Notes: generated by a model not told the origin, from the letters alone. Shown: positions 50,881 to 63,057, numbered from the stretch's first letter. The stretch: 64,000 nt of DNA from Octopus vulgaris (GCA_951406725.2 OX597819.1:90520001-90584000), one strand, 5' to 3'. Numbers and translations are program-made.

Positions 50881-52424
50881 TTCATTTATTATTTTGCAGG
50901 TTATTAGGTCATGGACATGCTGGTGCCCTGCCTTTAACGTTTAGTCTGGTATATCAACTATGTTCATATTTTTAAGTTGGATACTTGTTTTACCAATGTA
51001 TATTTGAACTGCTATATTATGGTACATAAACATCTCCAGTTTTAAGTGGCATAAATGTAAACACACACATTCTCTAAAATAAAAAAAAAAAAAAACTTAT
51101 ATATACACACACACATATATATATTAAAACACGTTTCTGAACAGTTTCTACCTACCAACTTTCTTTCGGTGTATTATTAAACTTGAGGCAATAATAAAAA
51201 GTAATTTGCAAAGGGACCAAAACCAGATTTGTATGGTTTCCATGCATATTTTTTAATCATATATTTATACCTGTACCTATGTTACTGGTATGTTTTTTTA
51301 GAATCCACAACTCAGTGGGGCAGCTACAATACTTCATTCACTCAGACAATGAGTTCAAGTCTAACCATGTAAGCTTTTCTCTTATACAAATAAAAATGTG
51401 TTGTACCTTATTAGGATTTTAAAATTTTAACAAGCATTTGAACCATAGCAGAATAATACTATAGAAAGATTATGAATTTGATATCATTCTGTAATTGTGA
51501 TTGTTTCCTTCTTGTCATAAATGGAAAAATAATAGATAACAACTATCAAGGTAGAAGAGTGACAAGTTTATAACAAGGAATTTAACTTTCAAAGGTGTTC
51601 TCTTTTATGACTGCGCCTTCAGTGCAATCTATGCAAACTTCTATACCATCTCATGAATCATTCGTTTTAGGAAAAATGTAATTTCAAAAGAAATTATATA
51701 TTTCTTTGTTCTCTATAAATTTCCATTCATCTTAAAGTTTTCAAAACGACCATGGAATTTCCACAGGCCCTGCTTGTAGTAAATAGAAGTTGAAGCTTTA
51801 GAGATTTTATTAATTTATCAATATTCCAAAACTCTTGCATGTTAATTTTGAAGTCATTACCACTTAAACGTCTGGATAGATGAACACTGCACGGGGTCGA
51901 ATTATTTGCTAAACATCATTAAGCTGTACATTCTAATTTTACTTTCATACAATTTAGGTGGTAAGAAGTCATACCATGATTTAAGTAGTGGCTATATTAG
52001 ATTTACTACACATGATGGAATTGAATTCTTCATTGGTTAGTAGGAAAGCACTCTAATGTGATACAACTTTCAGTAATGTCTGTACATGAAGTAGAATAGT
52101 TCCACTTAACATTTTTTTTTTAATATTGCATAGCTGTAATAATTGTCATTCCTTATGTAGAACAGTTTTGAAGCATCAACTGAAAATTCAATTAACTATT
52201 TTTTAAAATTCAAATCATATTTCAATAACATACAATGTTCTTGAAGTCCTACATAGTTTCTTTGATATTTTGAAATTTGTTGTTTTTTTTTATGAGCTTT
52301 CTCTTTCTCTCTGACATATGTACTCAGTTTTTCAAGTATTTTTGTCTTTGTTTTTTTGTTATAATGTGTCCATTTTTTCCCCAACTATTCTGAATGACTT
52401 TTCATTTATTTATTTATTCATCAT

Positions 52425-52481
<57 letters not shown>

Positions 52482-52515
52482 CACCACCACCACCACCACC
52501 ACTACTACTACTACT
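52425..52515. repeat. Compound microsatellite (TAC)n(CAC)n(TAC)n
   Basis: Seen directly in the sequence. Confidence 0.95.
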
Positions 52516-52723
52516 AAGGCAGAGAGCTGACAGAATCATTAGCATGCTAGACAAAATACTTAGTGGCATCTCTTCTGCCTTTACATTCTGAGTTCAAATT
52601 CCACCGAATTTGCCTTTCATCCTTTCAGGGTCGATAAAGCAAGTACCAGTTTTGAACTGGGCTTGATGTAATTGACTACTCCCTTCCTACAAAATTTCAG
52701 ACCTTGTGCCTTTAGAAGAAAGG

Positions 52724-52758
<35 letters not shown>

Positions 52759-53150
52759 GGTGGAAAGTTGGTAGAATCATTGGCATGCCGGGCAAAATAT
52801 TTAGCGGCATTTTGTCCGTCCTTACGTTTTGAGTTCAAATTCTGCCGAGGTTGACTTTGACTTCCATTCTTTCAGGGTCAATGAAATAAGTACCAGTTGA
52901 GTGCTGGGGTTGATGTAATCGACTAGCTCCCTTCCCCAAATTTCAGGCCTTATGCCTATTGTAGAAAGGATTATTATTATTATTAGTGGTGGTGGTGGTG
53001 CTTAGCAGCACTTCTTCCTACACGTTATATTCTGTGGTCATTTTTGCCTTTTATCCTCTTAATGCCTATAAAAAATTATCAAGCAAGTACTGGGGTTAAT
53101 GTGATCAACTCACACCCTTCCCTCAACATTATTATTATTGTTGCAAATTT
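52515..53150 (+). mobile_element. Head-to-tail array of 2-3 SINE copies separated by (TAT)n tails
   Basis: Copies start at about 52515, 52757 and (truncated) 52998; the first two end in GAAAGGATTATTATT. Confidence 0.8.
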
Positions 53151-53559
53151 GGAACCACTTCCTACTATAAACCACTTAAATGTAATAGGAGTGCTAATAA
53201 TAACCAGACATAGCCAGACCATAGCAAGAAACAAATTTAAACTAAATCTACTGGTAGGAATAGTATAGAAAACCTTGCTTAGTTCTCTTCACATTAATGA
53301 GTTGTTTCTTTTAAAGTATAAAAATAAAAAAATTAGTAATTGTACAAAATAAAGGCTAAATATTCATAATGATTTCTTTTGAAGTTTAATTACCACACTG
53401 CATTGTAATAATGTGTGCAGGAGTTTTTGTTCATTCATTCAGTTATTTGGTTGGTTTGCATGTTGATATGATGCTCAGATATTTTATTCACATTCAGCCT
53501 ACTACTATTTCATCTTAAAACTTTATTATTCACCTTTCCAATCAGGGTTGCTATTGCAT

Positions 53560-53960
53560 TGAGTCAAAAGTTTTGTTATATTTTGGTAACTTATTTGTTT
53601 TATTCAAGTTACAACAAAAGCAGTCTAGCATTCGAAGTAGAGGCTAATATATTGCACTGTTTGAAACTATCTTCCTGCCAGTTTTTTTTTATCCCATACC
53701 AATACCAGTTCTTGTCCTATGAAGCAAAGAACCCGTTCACTGAAGCTTCCACTTCCTTTTGGTTGATAAAGTGCCGTGAGGGCAGGAAGCAACCCATCGA
53801 TTGAAACAAGTAATAATCCAAGGGAGATATTTTTCTGCAATCCTAACATGCATAAGCAGTGGTTAAGCAAGAGCCAGCTTCTGGAACCACTTGCCAAACA
53901 TGGGCATTTTGAACACAAGGCGATGTTCTGCATCGGGTGGAATTATGAAGAGATAATGTA
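53560..53960. mobile_element. Two mariner transposase fragments in opposite orientations
   Basis: Minus 53630-53790: NQKEVEASVNGFFAS*DKNWYWYGIKK/LAGR (C-terminus). Plus 53820-53960: KQWLSKSQ..PLAKHGHFEHKAMFCIGWNYEEI. Confidence 0.65.
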
Positions 53961-53964
53961 CAAC

Positions 53965-56090
53965 CCAACATCAGTTAGTAGCTGGTGACTTAAGATTTAA
54001 GACCTAGATGGACTCGGAAGCAGAAATCCATTTGGAAAAGAAAGATATGGAAACTTAAAAGATGTACCAAGCAGTCTGAAATTTAGAAAAGTACTAGTTA
54101 AAACATTTGACGACAAGAAGAAGTAGAAATTTACAGTGTATACAACAACTAGCAGTTCCTAAAGTACAATCTACAGAGGGCTGTAGATGGAACCTGTGTC
54201 TGGTGCAGTGTTCCAGCCAGACAGAAAGTGACATGGAGGTGGAACAGTGAGATAGACAGGGACATAAACGTGAAGGTGCTGGTTTGGAGGAATAAGGACA
54301 GCAGAGAATTCTGTCAGGAAGGAGATAGCAGAACTGAGGGCTTTTTTAGTGTTCTACAATGTCAGGATCAGAGGCATGAAGTGTTGTGGATTGTAAAACA
54401 TGCACCCAAGAGAATCATGACATGGGGGAGAAGTGTGTACAGATGGATAATGGTATTATTGTACTTAGTGTTTCTGAGAAGAAAGAGAAAAGGAAGTACT
54501 ACTATGGAAGGCTATTAGGTGTGACGAATGCATGGGAGAAAGATGATCTTCCCAGTATGGACCTGAGTGAGAGACCAGTCATTCTAATATGAAGCAGTAT
54601 AATAGATAAAGTAATTAAGGATATGAAGTCAAAGAAAGTGCTTTGTCCATCAAAAATTACCACTGAAATACTTGAAATATCTGGTAGAGTAGAATATAAA
54701 CTAGTCAATCAGGTTGTATAGGAAAGAGTTCTTCAGAGTGACCAGTGTAACAGCAACATAGTTAACTGTTATGAGGACAAAGGAGATGTCTTAGAGAGAA
54801 ATAATTACACGAGTGTCAACTTGTTGATTAAGTCATGAAGGTGACAGAGTTATAGCTTATTTGATTAGGAAAAGAGTTAACCTTGAATGAGATGCAGTTC
54901 TGATTTGAGTCAAGAAAAAGTACTACTGCTGCCATTTTCCTTGTAAGGCAACTTCAAAAATACTTAACTAACAGTAAGCTGCTACATCTAACTTTAATCA
55001 ATCTGAGGAAAGCCTCTAACAAGATTCCTCACAGTGTTCATCACCATCTGATGAACACTGAGGAAGTCAGTTAGTGAAAACAATACTACCTATGTACAGG
55101 GATACTGTAAGCAAGGTGAGAGTTAACAATGAGTACAGCTGTGTCCACCAGAGCTCAGTGGTCAGTTAGTCTCTGTTTATAGTTCTCTAGGCCATAACGG
55201 AAGAAGTTAAGACTTGATGTCCATGACTGAATCTCTAGTAGTATTCGAGAAAAAATTTCAAGCATAGAAGGAAAATCTGGAATCAAAGGGTCTCAGAGGT
55301 AATTTAGTAAAATCTAAAGTATTTGTATGCAAGAAAACAGCCAGGACCAAATGCAACCATCAGGGAACTGGCCTTGTTTGATATGTAGAGAAAGAAGTGG
55401 AAACTCCATACAGTGTACCCAATACTGGCCATGGACACACAAGAGGTGCAATGGAATCATAGGCAGATTAACAGAAAAAACAGATTTTGCATGTGATAGA
55501 TGCACGTAGGTAATAAACACTAGGAATACACAGAAAATAGATGCTCTCAATTGTCCAAGAGGTTCCCTAGAGGTTGTAAATAGTTTCTGTTACCTACATG
55601 ATCCAATTAGCAGTGGAGGATGATGTTTTGGGAGTATAGTAGGTAGAGTAAGAACAGGCTGGAGAAAGTTCAGTGAATTACTTCCTCTGTTGCTAAGAAG
55701 AGGTTTTTCAAAGTGTATGAACTGCAATACTATATGGTAGTGAGACATAGGTCTTGAATGCAGAGAAGCTATGAAGACTACAAAGATGTGTAAAATTAAT
55801 GTACATGAATGACAAAGTATGAATTTGAGAGAAAAAGTGAGAATAAGGAAGTAGATGTAGTGTGTAAGAGAGAAGGCTATGTTGGGTTGGCATATGGATG
55901 TGGCTAACTGCCTAAAGTGCCAACTACTTACAATAGCAAGAACCTGTGGAAAGAGAGACCCAAGAAAATATGGGATGAGATGGTGGAGTTTGATTTCAAG
56001 ATGTTGGGCTTCATGGAGAAGGTGACAAAGGTCCGAGATGACTGACAATATGCAGTGCTCAAGAAACCCAACCATGCTAATATAATATGA
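53965..56090 (+). mobile_element. Long degenerate RTE-clade LINE
   Basis: Collinear decayed RT, Cys-rich insert (ORF 55327..55509) and C-terminal region homologous to 36540-37275 and 61200-61781. Confidence 0.85.
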
Positions 56091-56937
56091 TCCAACTGCA
56101 GTGGAAGCATGTATATGCATAGAACTGGATCTTTCACCTAGTTTCCTTTTTCAAGTCAACAACTAACTTCTTTTTTCTCTTCTCTTTCCTTACACCCAGA
56201 CAACAGGATCTCTCCCACAAGCCCATCATCATCTCCATCCCAAGAGCTGGCCTTAAGCTGATTGGACCGATTGCTCCCAATCGGGCCCCATGCTAAAGGG
56301 GTCCCCCATGCGGAAGAGGGTCAAATTCTATAAGCGCATTGCTTTTTGTTGAGATAAAGTAAAATAAACTTTCAGTTCAAAATAGGACATTTCATTCTTA
56401 ATGACCTGATACATCTGATCATCTCCATTCCATTCTTTCCCTATCTAACTCCCTCACTGCCTTGCAAACTTTCCCACTCCTGATGATTTTACTGTCCCCA
56501 TGCTCTCATCTATTCACCTTTTAGGACATGTTATCTTGAGGGTATGTTCTGGCACCTTGTCACAACTCTTTGTGATACTACTCCATCCATATAAAATGTG
56601 AAGTAGCCATGAATTTCCTCCACAACAGACCTCCCTTTTCATCCCATCTTACATTAACTTCTCAATGCTACCTCTTACAACTGCTGCTGCTCTGAGGTAA
56701 TCAAACAAAAGTTCATTTCTAAGTATTTCTCTTAATAAATATTGTGTCAAAAATGATCTCTCTGAAGCTCCCTCCTTGCTGGTATTTTCCTTACATACTT
56801 TAATCAAGCTGAGTAGCAACAGCATTAAATCTCTGTAGTGTTTGATTATCTGTTAGTTTGAGTACTGCTCCTCTTTTAATTAAAATTTGAAATAAAACTA
56901 TCTTTGCATTAAATCTATCTCATCTCTAGCTTTGTGG

Positions 56938-56980
<43 letters not shown>

Positions 56981-57019
56981 GGGGGGGAGAATAATGTAGT
57001 TCTATATATACTAAAAGAT

Positions 57020-57370
57020 GAGGTTATGTGTGGTGAGAGGCTTGCTTCCCAACAACATAGTTCCAGGTTCAGTTCCACTGCATAGCAACTTGGGCAAGTG
57101 TCTTCTACTATAGCTTCAGGTTGACCAAGGCCTCATGGGTGGAATTCGTAGTTTGAAACTGAAAGAAGCCCATCATATATATATATATATATATATATGG
57201 CTGTGTGGTAAGAAGCTTGCTTTCCAACCACATGGTTCCGGGTTCAGTCCTACTGCATGGCACCTTCTACTATAGTCTCAGTCCTACTACATAGCACTTC
57301 TACTATGGTCTCAGGCCAACCAAAGCCTTGTGAGTGGATTTGGTAGACAGAAACTGAAAGAAGCCCATCG

Positions 57371-57439
<69 letters not shown>

Positions 57440-57915
57440 ATATATATATGTGTGTTTGTGTGTGTGTCTGTGTTTGTCCCCCCATTACTGCTTGACAACT
57501 GGTGTTGGTGTGTTTACGTCCCTGCAACTTAGCAGTTCAGTAAAAGAGACTGATATAATAAGTACCAGGCTTAAAAACTAAGTACTGGGGTCAATTCATT
57601 TGACTAAAAATTCAAGGCAGTGCCCCGGCATGGCTGCAGTCTAATGACTACAACAAGTAAATGATAAATGATAAAAGATATATGTATATATCTGTGTGTG
57701 TGTGTCCTTATTTGTTTCCCCATCACAGCTTGACAACCAGTGTTAGTGTGTTTGCTTCCCCATAACTTAACGGTTCAGAAAAAGAGACACATAGAATAAG
57801 TACTAGGCTTTAAAAAAATAAGCCTTGAGATTTATTTGTTTGACTAAAACCAGTAAAGGCAGTGCTCTGGCATGGCTGCTGTCAAATGACTGAAACAAGT
57901 AAAAGAATAAAAGAA
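57020..57915 (+). mobile_element. Cluster of tRNA-derived SINEs (two heads, two tails) with internal (TA)n/(TG)n
   Basis: Head TGGCTGTGTGGTAAGAAGC (A-box-like) and GGTTCAGTCC (B-box-like); tail CATGGCTGCAGTC..ATGACTGAAACAAGTAAAAG. Confidence 0.85.
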
Positions 57916-58032
57916 TATATATTACATGACACAAGCTAAGAGAAAACTGTCCGGGGGAAGTGGTGTTTCACTTACTAATAATATTTACATTTACATACTA
58001 GCTGAGGTGTCTTTGACCCATACATACATACA

Positions 58033-58061
<29 letters not shown>

Positions 58062-58063
<2 letters not shown>

Positions 58064-58513
58064 GAAGATCAGTGGAAAAGAGAACACCTACGTCGAACTA
58101 TTGAGAAATCTGCAGTTACTCTATCCAGGTTATAAGTTCAAGTTTATACCTGTAATTATTGGAGCCCTGGGATATGTAACACACTGCCTAAAAACCAATT
58201 TTGAGAAATTAGGCTTCTCAAAACCAGAAAGGAGAAAGCTCAAAGACTACAGATCCAATCCATCACTAAAACTGTAAAAATCTGTAAAACTTCTCAGAAG
58301 TTTATCATTTAAATATATATGAGCATGTCTGGGTATGTAACTATATGCATGAGAATACATACATAAAATATACAAATCTGCACACACATACATACATACA
58401 AACAAAAATACCTTGTTGTTGATGTTGAAATTCCAATGAAGGAATCTTGGATCTCGGTTAGAAACCGGTTCTTTCTCTATTGGCAAGAAATCTTGAAATA
58501 AACTGAATAATGA
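58062..58513 (+). mobile_element. 5'-truncated R4/Dong-like (RLE) retrotransposon 3' end within (CATA)n
   Basis: ORF 58062..58277 KENTYVELLRNLQLLYPGYKFKFIPVIIGALGYV..L...FEKLG is an RLE C-terminus; (CATA)n flanks both sides. Confidence 0.75.
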
Positions 58514-58534
58514 CATACATACACAAACCTACAT

Positions 58535-58566
<32 letters not shown>

Positions 58567-60605
58567 GAACAAACAAACACGCCTTCATGATCCACTCACA
58601 TTCAGTCTGCCTCTGAAGATAAACTGCTCCTCCCTAGTTGCTAGAAATGCTCTCTTCCAACATTTCACCACTACATGATGGACAGTTTCATATAATAAAA
58701 TATAATCTGCATTATAATCTCTATGACTGACAGTTTTATCATATAATCTGCATTCATACAGGTATGCTACCTAAACTCCTACTCTGTATCACAAAGACTG
58801 TGACATGGCTACTACCAGAACTAATTAGATTGCCTTCATGACAGATCTGATATGTTCCCCATGCTCTCCACTCTCAGACTGTTCATACAACTAGTTGTAG
58901 CAGTGAATGCAATAATGGACCAATTATCCAGCAAGCTTGGGACAAGAAGTTTCTCAGATTTCTGAATTTACTGGTTTTATGAACACAGCCTATATATATA
59001 TATATACTTAACATATAAGATAAACGATGAAAAGTAAAGAAGTAAATTGTATTTAACATTCAAATTAATACACTTCTAAAACAGGGTCTGTTTGATATTT
59101 ATTAGTCTATTTAAAATTCTTAAAATATAACATACTCTACTTTGTGTGCAGTATAATGTTTATAAGATGAAAATTTTATAATTTTCATCTTGTAAAAGAA
59201 AAGTGGAGAACAGGACATTATTTAACAGACACAAGTACAAATTAATACACTTCTAAAGCAGAGAATGTTTAATCTTTATCAATCAACTTAAAAATACTAA
59301 AGAACAAAACTATTTTTAACACACCATATGTAAATCGAATAACTTTAAAAACTGGGTTTGTTTACACCAGTAAACATATTGTATAGTATTTTACAGTATT
59401 CTTGTGCATATTGTATAGTACTTCACAGAATTTCTGGATTTCTGGAAACCAAACGAGAAGTCTAGTGCTGTATAATATTTCACATTGTTCTCACACTTAT
59501 CATTTATTGTTGTGTACACAGTTACATACAGACCACTGAGTCTCTACCTATACTCTTCCATAATACTGAACTTCACCATGTTCTAGGATTTGGAAGATCC
59601 AGTTCCTAACTAGTAGCATGCTCAACTTTAGATCCTTTGACTGAAACTTATTTTTCTATATTTCAGTCTTCTTCCTTGCTCATATTTTGAACTTGCAATG
59701 AAAATCCAGGTGTCTATATATCTGTTAATAAATATTTTCATAAGAATCCTGAACACTTCATGGCTGAAGCATTAAGGCAAAAGAATATATAAGAATGTAG
59801 AAACTTAAGCACCCACTTGAAACTTAGACTAGTGAGTGAAAAGCTAACCTGAAGCCTACTTTTAGTTCTTCATAAATGTCCAGGCCATCTGACCCCTGAT
59901 CTGTATCCTCTCTTCTACTCACCTTCTTTTATCTTGAGATGTTTAGGTATCTTGTCACCACCATCTCTACCGTCTTTCTAGCTACTCTCACTCACCCTTA
60001 TATAATGCAGGGAAGTCATGTATCTCCTCTATAGTAAAACACTTGTGCTTGGAAATCTGTCGTACTTTAATCTCTTAACACCTGGCATAAAACTACTCCC
60101 TGCTCAAATAATCACCTCCTATTTAGACAAAGGGACTTTTTCCTTTTCTTTTTTCCCGTTCTTTTCTCAAGTTACTTGGTGACCTCACAAGTGCTGGTGG
60201 CATGAAAAAAAAATCGCTCAGTACACACTGTATAGTGGTTAGTATTAGGAGGGACATCCAGCTGTAGCTGCCAAAGCTGCCAGCTTGGAAAACAGCTGTT
60301 AAATGATGATGATTTATATATATATAAATCAGAATTCAAGGAAAGTGGTGGTGACCTGTTCAGAGGCAAGAATTGTATTTATTGGAAAGATTAGCAGAAA
60401 GAATAAAGTAATACTGTTGTGAGAAGAGGAGTTTCTGACATTTCTGACAGAATCCATCTTCAAAGTTGACATGACGGGAGCTAAAAAAGGGAAGATAGAA
60501 GAGTGAATGGTAGCAACTAGTAGGAAAAGCACAAAGTACTACTAAACTGTCTGAGCTGAAACTGCAGAAATGATATATATATATATATATATAAATGTAT
60601 ATATA

Positions 60606-61781
60606 TCATCATCATCATCATCATTATTTAATGTCTGCTTTCCATGCTGGCATGGGTTGGACGATTTGACTGAGGACTGGCAAACCAGATGGCTACACCA
60701 GGTTCCAATCTGATCTGGCATAGTTTCTACAGCAGGATGCCCTTCCTAATGCCAACCACTCCAAGAGTGTAGTGGGTGCTTTTACATGCCACTGGCACGA
60801 GGGCCAGTCAGGCAGTTCTGGCAATGGCCATGCTCAAATGGTGTTTTTTACGTGCCACCTGCACAGGAGCCAGTCCAGCGGCACTGGCAAAGACCTCACT
60901 CGAATATTATTCATGTGCCACTGGCAGAAGATCCAGTAAGGCAACGCTGGTAAAGATCACACTCAAATGGTGCTTTTTACGTGCCACTAGCATGGAAGCC
61001 AGTCAGCTGCTCTGGCAACAATCACATTCAGATGGTGCTATTAGTGCTTCACTAGCATGGATGCCAGTATTCGAATTTGATTTTGATTTCACTTGCCTCA
61101 ACAGGTCTTCACAAGCAGAGTTTAGTGTCCAATGAAGGAAAGGTACGCATAAGTGGGCTGGTTACACCCCTGGCATAGGCCATGGGACTCACTTGGCTTG
61201 CCGGGTCTTCTCAAGCACAGCATATTTCCAAAGGTCTTGGTCACTAGTCATTGCTTCAGTGAAGCCTAATGTTCGAAGGTCGTGCTCCACCACCTCATCC
61301 CAGGTCTTCCTGGGTCTATCTCTTCCATAGGTTCCCTCAACTGCTAGGGTGTGACACTTTTACACACATCTATTCTTGGCACATGACCACACCTGCACAG
61401 TTGTCTCTCTTGCACACCACATCTGACGCTTCTTAGGTCCAACTTTTCTCTCAAGGTACTTACAATCTGTCATGTATGCACACTGACATTACATATCCAG
61501 CGGAGCATACTGGCTTCATTCCTTGCAAGCTTACGCATGTCCTCAGCAGTCATGGCCCATGTTTCACTGCCATGTGGCATGGCTGTTCGTACACATGCGT
61601 CATACAGTCTACCTTTTACTCTGAGCGAGAGGCCCTTTGTAACCAGCAGAAGTAAGAGCCCTCTGAACTTTGCCCAGGCTATTCTTATTCTAGCAGCTAC
61701 ACTTTCAGTGCACCCACCCCAGCTACTGACTTGGTCACCTTGGTAACAGAAGCTATCAACTACTTCTTATTTTTCTCCTGG
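60606..61781 (-). mobile_element. 5'-truncated RTE LINE with complete 3' UTR and (GAT)n tail
   Basis: 61200-61781 is homologous to 36540-37110 and continues into the 3' UTR that occurs as short dispersed repeats across the window. Confidence 0.9.
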
Positions 61782-61809
61782 ATATATATATATAAATAAA
61801 TATATATAT

Positions 61810-62019
61810 ATTTGACTGTGGCCAATGCTGCGGCACCACTTTTAGTTGAACAAATTGGCCCCAGGACTTATTCTTTGTAATCCTAGCACTTATTCTATTG
61901 GTCTCTTTTGCCAAACTACTAAGTTAGGGGGATGTAAACACACCAGCATCGATTGTCAAGCGATAGTGGTGGTGGTGGTGGGGGGACAGATGCTCAAACA
62001 TATACACATGCATATATAC

Positions 62020-62091
<72 letters not shown>

Positions 62092-62138
62092 ATATATATA
62101 CACAAACTGAAAGAAGCCTGTCATACATATGTATATAC

Positions 62139-62171
<33 letters not shown>

Positions 62172-62476
62172 TGTATGTATGTATGTATGTATGTATGTGT
62201 GTATATATATATACATACACATATATATATACATATATATATATATATATGTATGTATGTATATATATATACACACATACATACATACATACATACATAT
62301 ATGTATATACATATGTATGACAGGCTTCTTTCAGTTTTCGTCAACCAAATTCACTCACAAGGCTTTGATAGCCTGAGGCTATAGTAGAAGACATTTGCCC
62401 AAGGTGCCATGCAGTGGGACTAAATCCAGAACCATGTGGGTGGTAAGCAAGCTACTTACCACACACCCACTCCTGT
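61810..62476 (-). mobile_element. tRNA-derived SINE with expanded internal TA/TATG microsatellite
   Basis: SINE tail at 61810-61990, microsatellite at 62000-62320, head at 62320-62476. Confidence 0.85.
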
Positions 62477-62800
62477 ATATATGTGTGCGTGTATTAAACT
62501 TTTTAATACTTTTTGATAGTTATATATATTTAATAACAAAAATATATATATAAATCCTTAAATCCTTAAAATGTTTTAGCGCGAAGGCCGCAGCCATGCT
62601 GGGGCACCACCGCTGTGCTGGGGCACCATAAAAATATAAAGTAATGATTTAAATTTTAAATTTAAATAATTTAAATTTTTAAATTTAAATAATTTAAATT
62701 TTTAAATTTTATATATTATATTAATTATTTTTATTTTTATGCTTTGCTTTATGTTTTTCATTGTTTGATTTGGCTAATAGTGGTTTTATCTCTAATTTAG

Positions 62801-62850
<50 letters not shown>

Positions 62851-62989
62851 TGTAGCGTGGAAGGTGTTTGTAAGCCATTTAAGAAACACACACAAAAGCT
62901 GTTTGATTCACTTAAACTTAAATGTTGAAGTGAATCGAATGGCTTTTGTGTGTTTCTTAAATGGCTTACAAACGCCCTTCCACGCTGCA
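62851..62989. repeat. Long near-perfect inverted repeat (palindromic MITE-like element)
   Basis: Arms of about 63 nt: TGTAGCGTGGAAGG...GATTCACTT and AAGTGAATC...CCTTCCACGCTGCA. Confidence 0.9.
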
Positions 62990-63057
62990 CTTGTTTTCGT
63001 TTCAGCACATGATCTCAGATCAAATTACTTGCTATGCAAGTACATCTCCGTAATATA

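Noticed and set aside
52318-52591. Poly-Thr / poly-Leu-Pro ORFs
   Set aside because: Trinucleotide microsatellite plus SINE.
57198-57270. tRNA-like sequence with A and B boxes
   Set aside because: SINE head; no full cloverleaf, and it continues into the SINE body.
58425-58485. Hammerhead-like CCAATGA...GAAACCGGTTC in the RLE element 3' UTR
   Set aside because: The core is CCAAUGA, not CUGANGA, and CCAAT pairs better with downstream ATTGG as a plain stem-loop.
58605-58660. CTGAAGA...GAAATGCTC; also CTGATGA at 11462 and 55048
   Set aside because: No compatible stem I or II, or no downstream GAAA-NUH arrangement.
60770-61060. Regularly spaced GGTGCTTTTTAC repeats resembling a CRISPR array
   Set aside because: The spacers are homologous to each other, the context is a eukaryotic LINE 3' UTR, and there are no cas genes.
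61846-62384. Long ORFs rich in YI/YV/CM/HT repeats (also 3971-4761, 57250-57581, 62721-63373)
   Set aside because: Translations of (TA)n/(TATG)n microsatellites and SINEs, not genes.
62641-62720. AT-only 23-nt tandem repeat
   Set aside because: Low-complexity slippage product.
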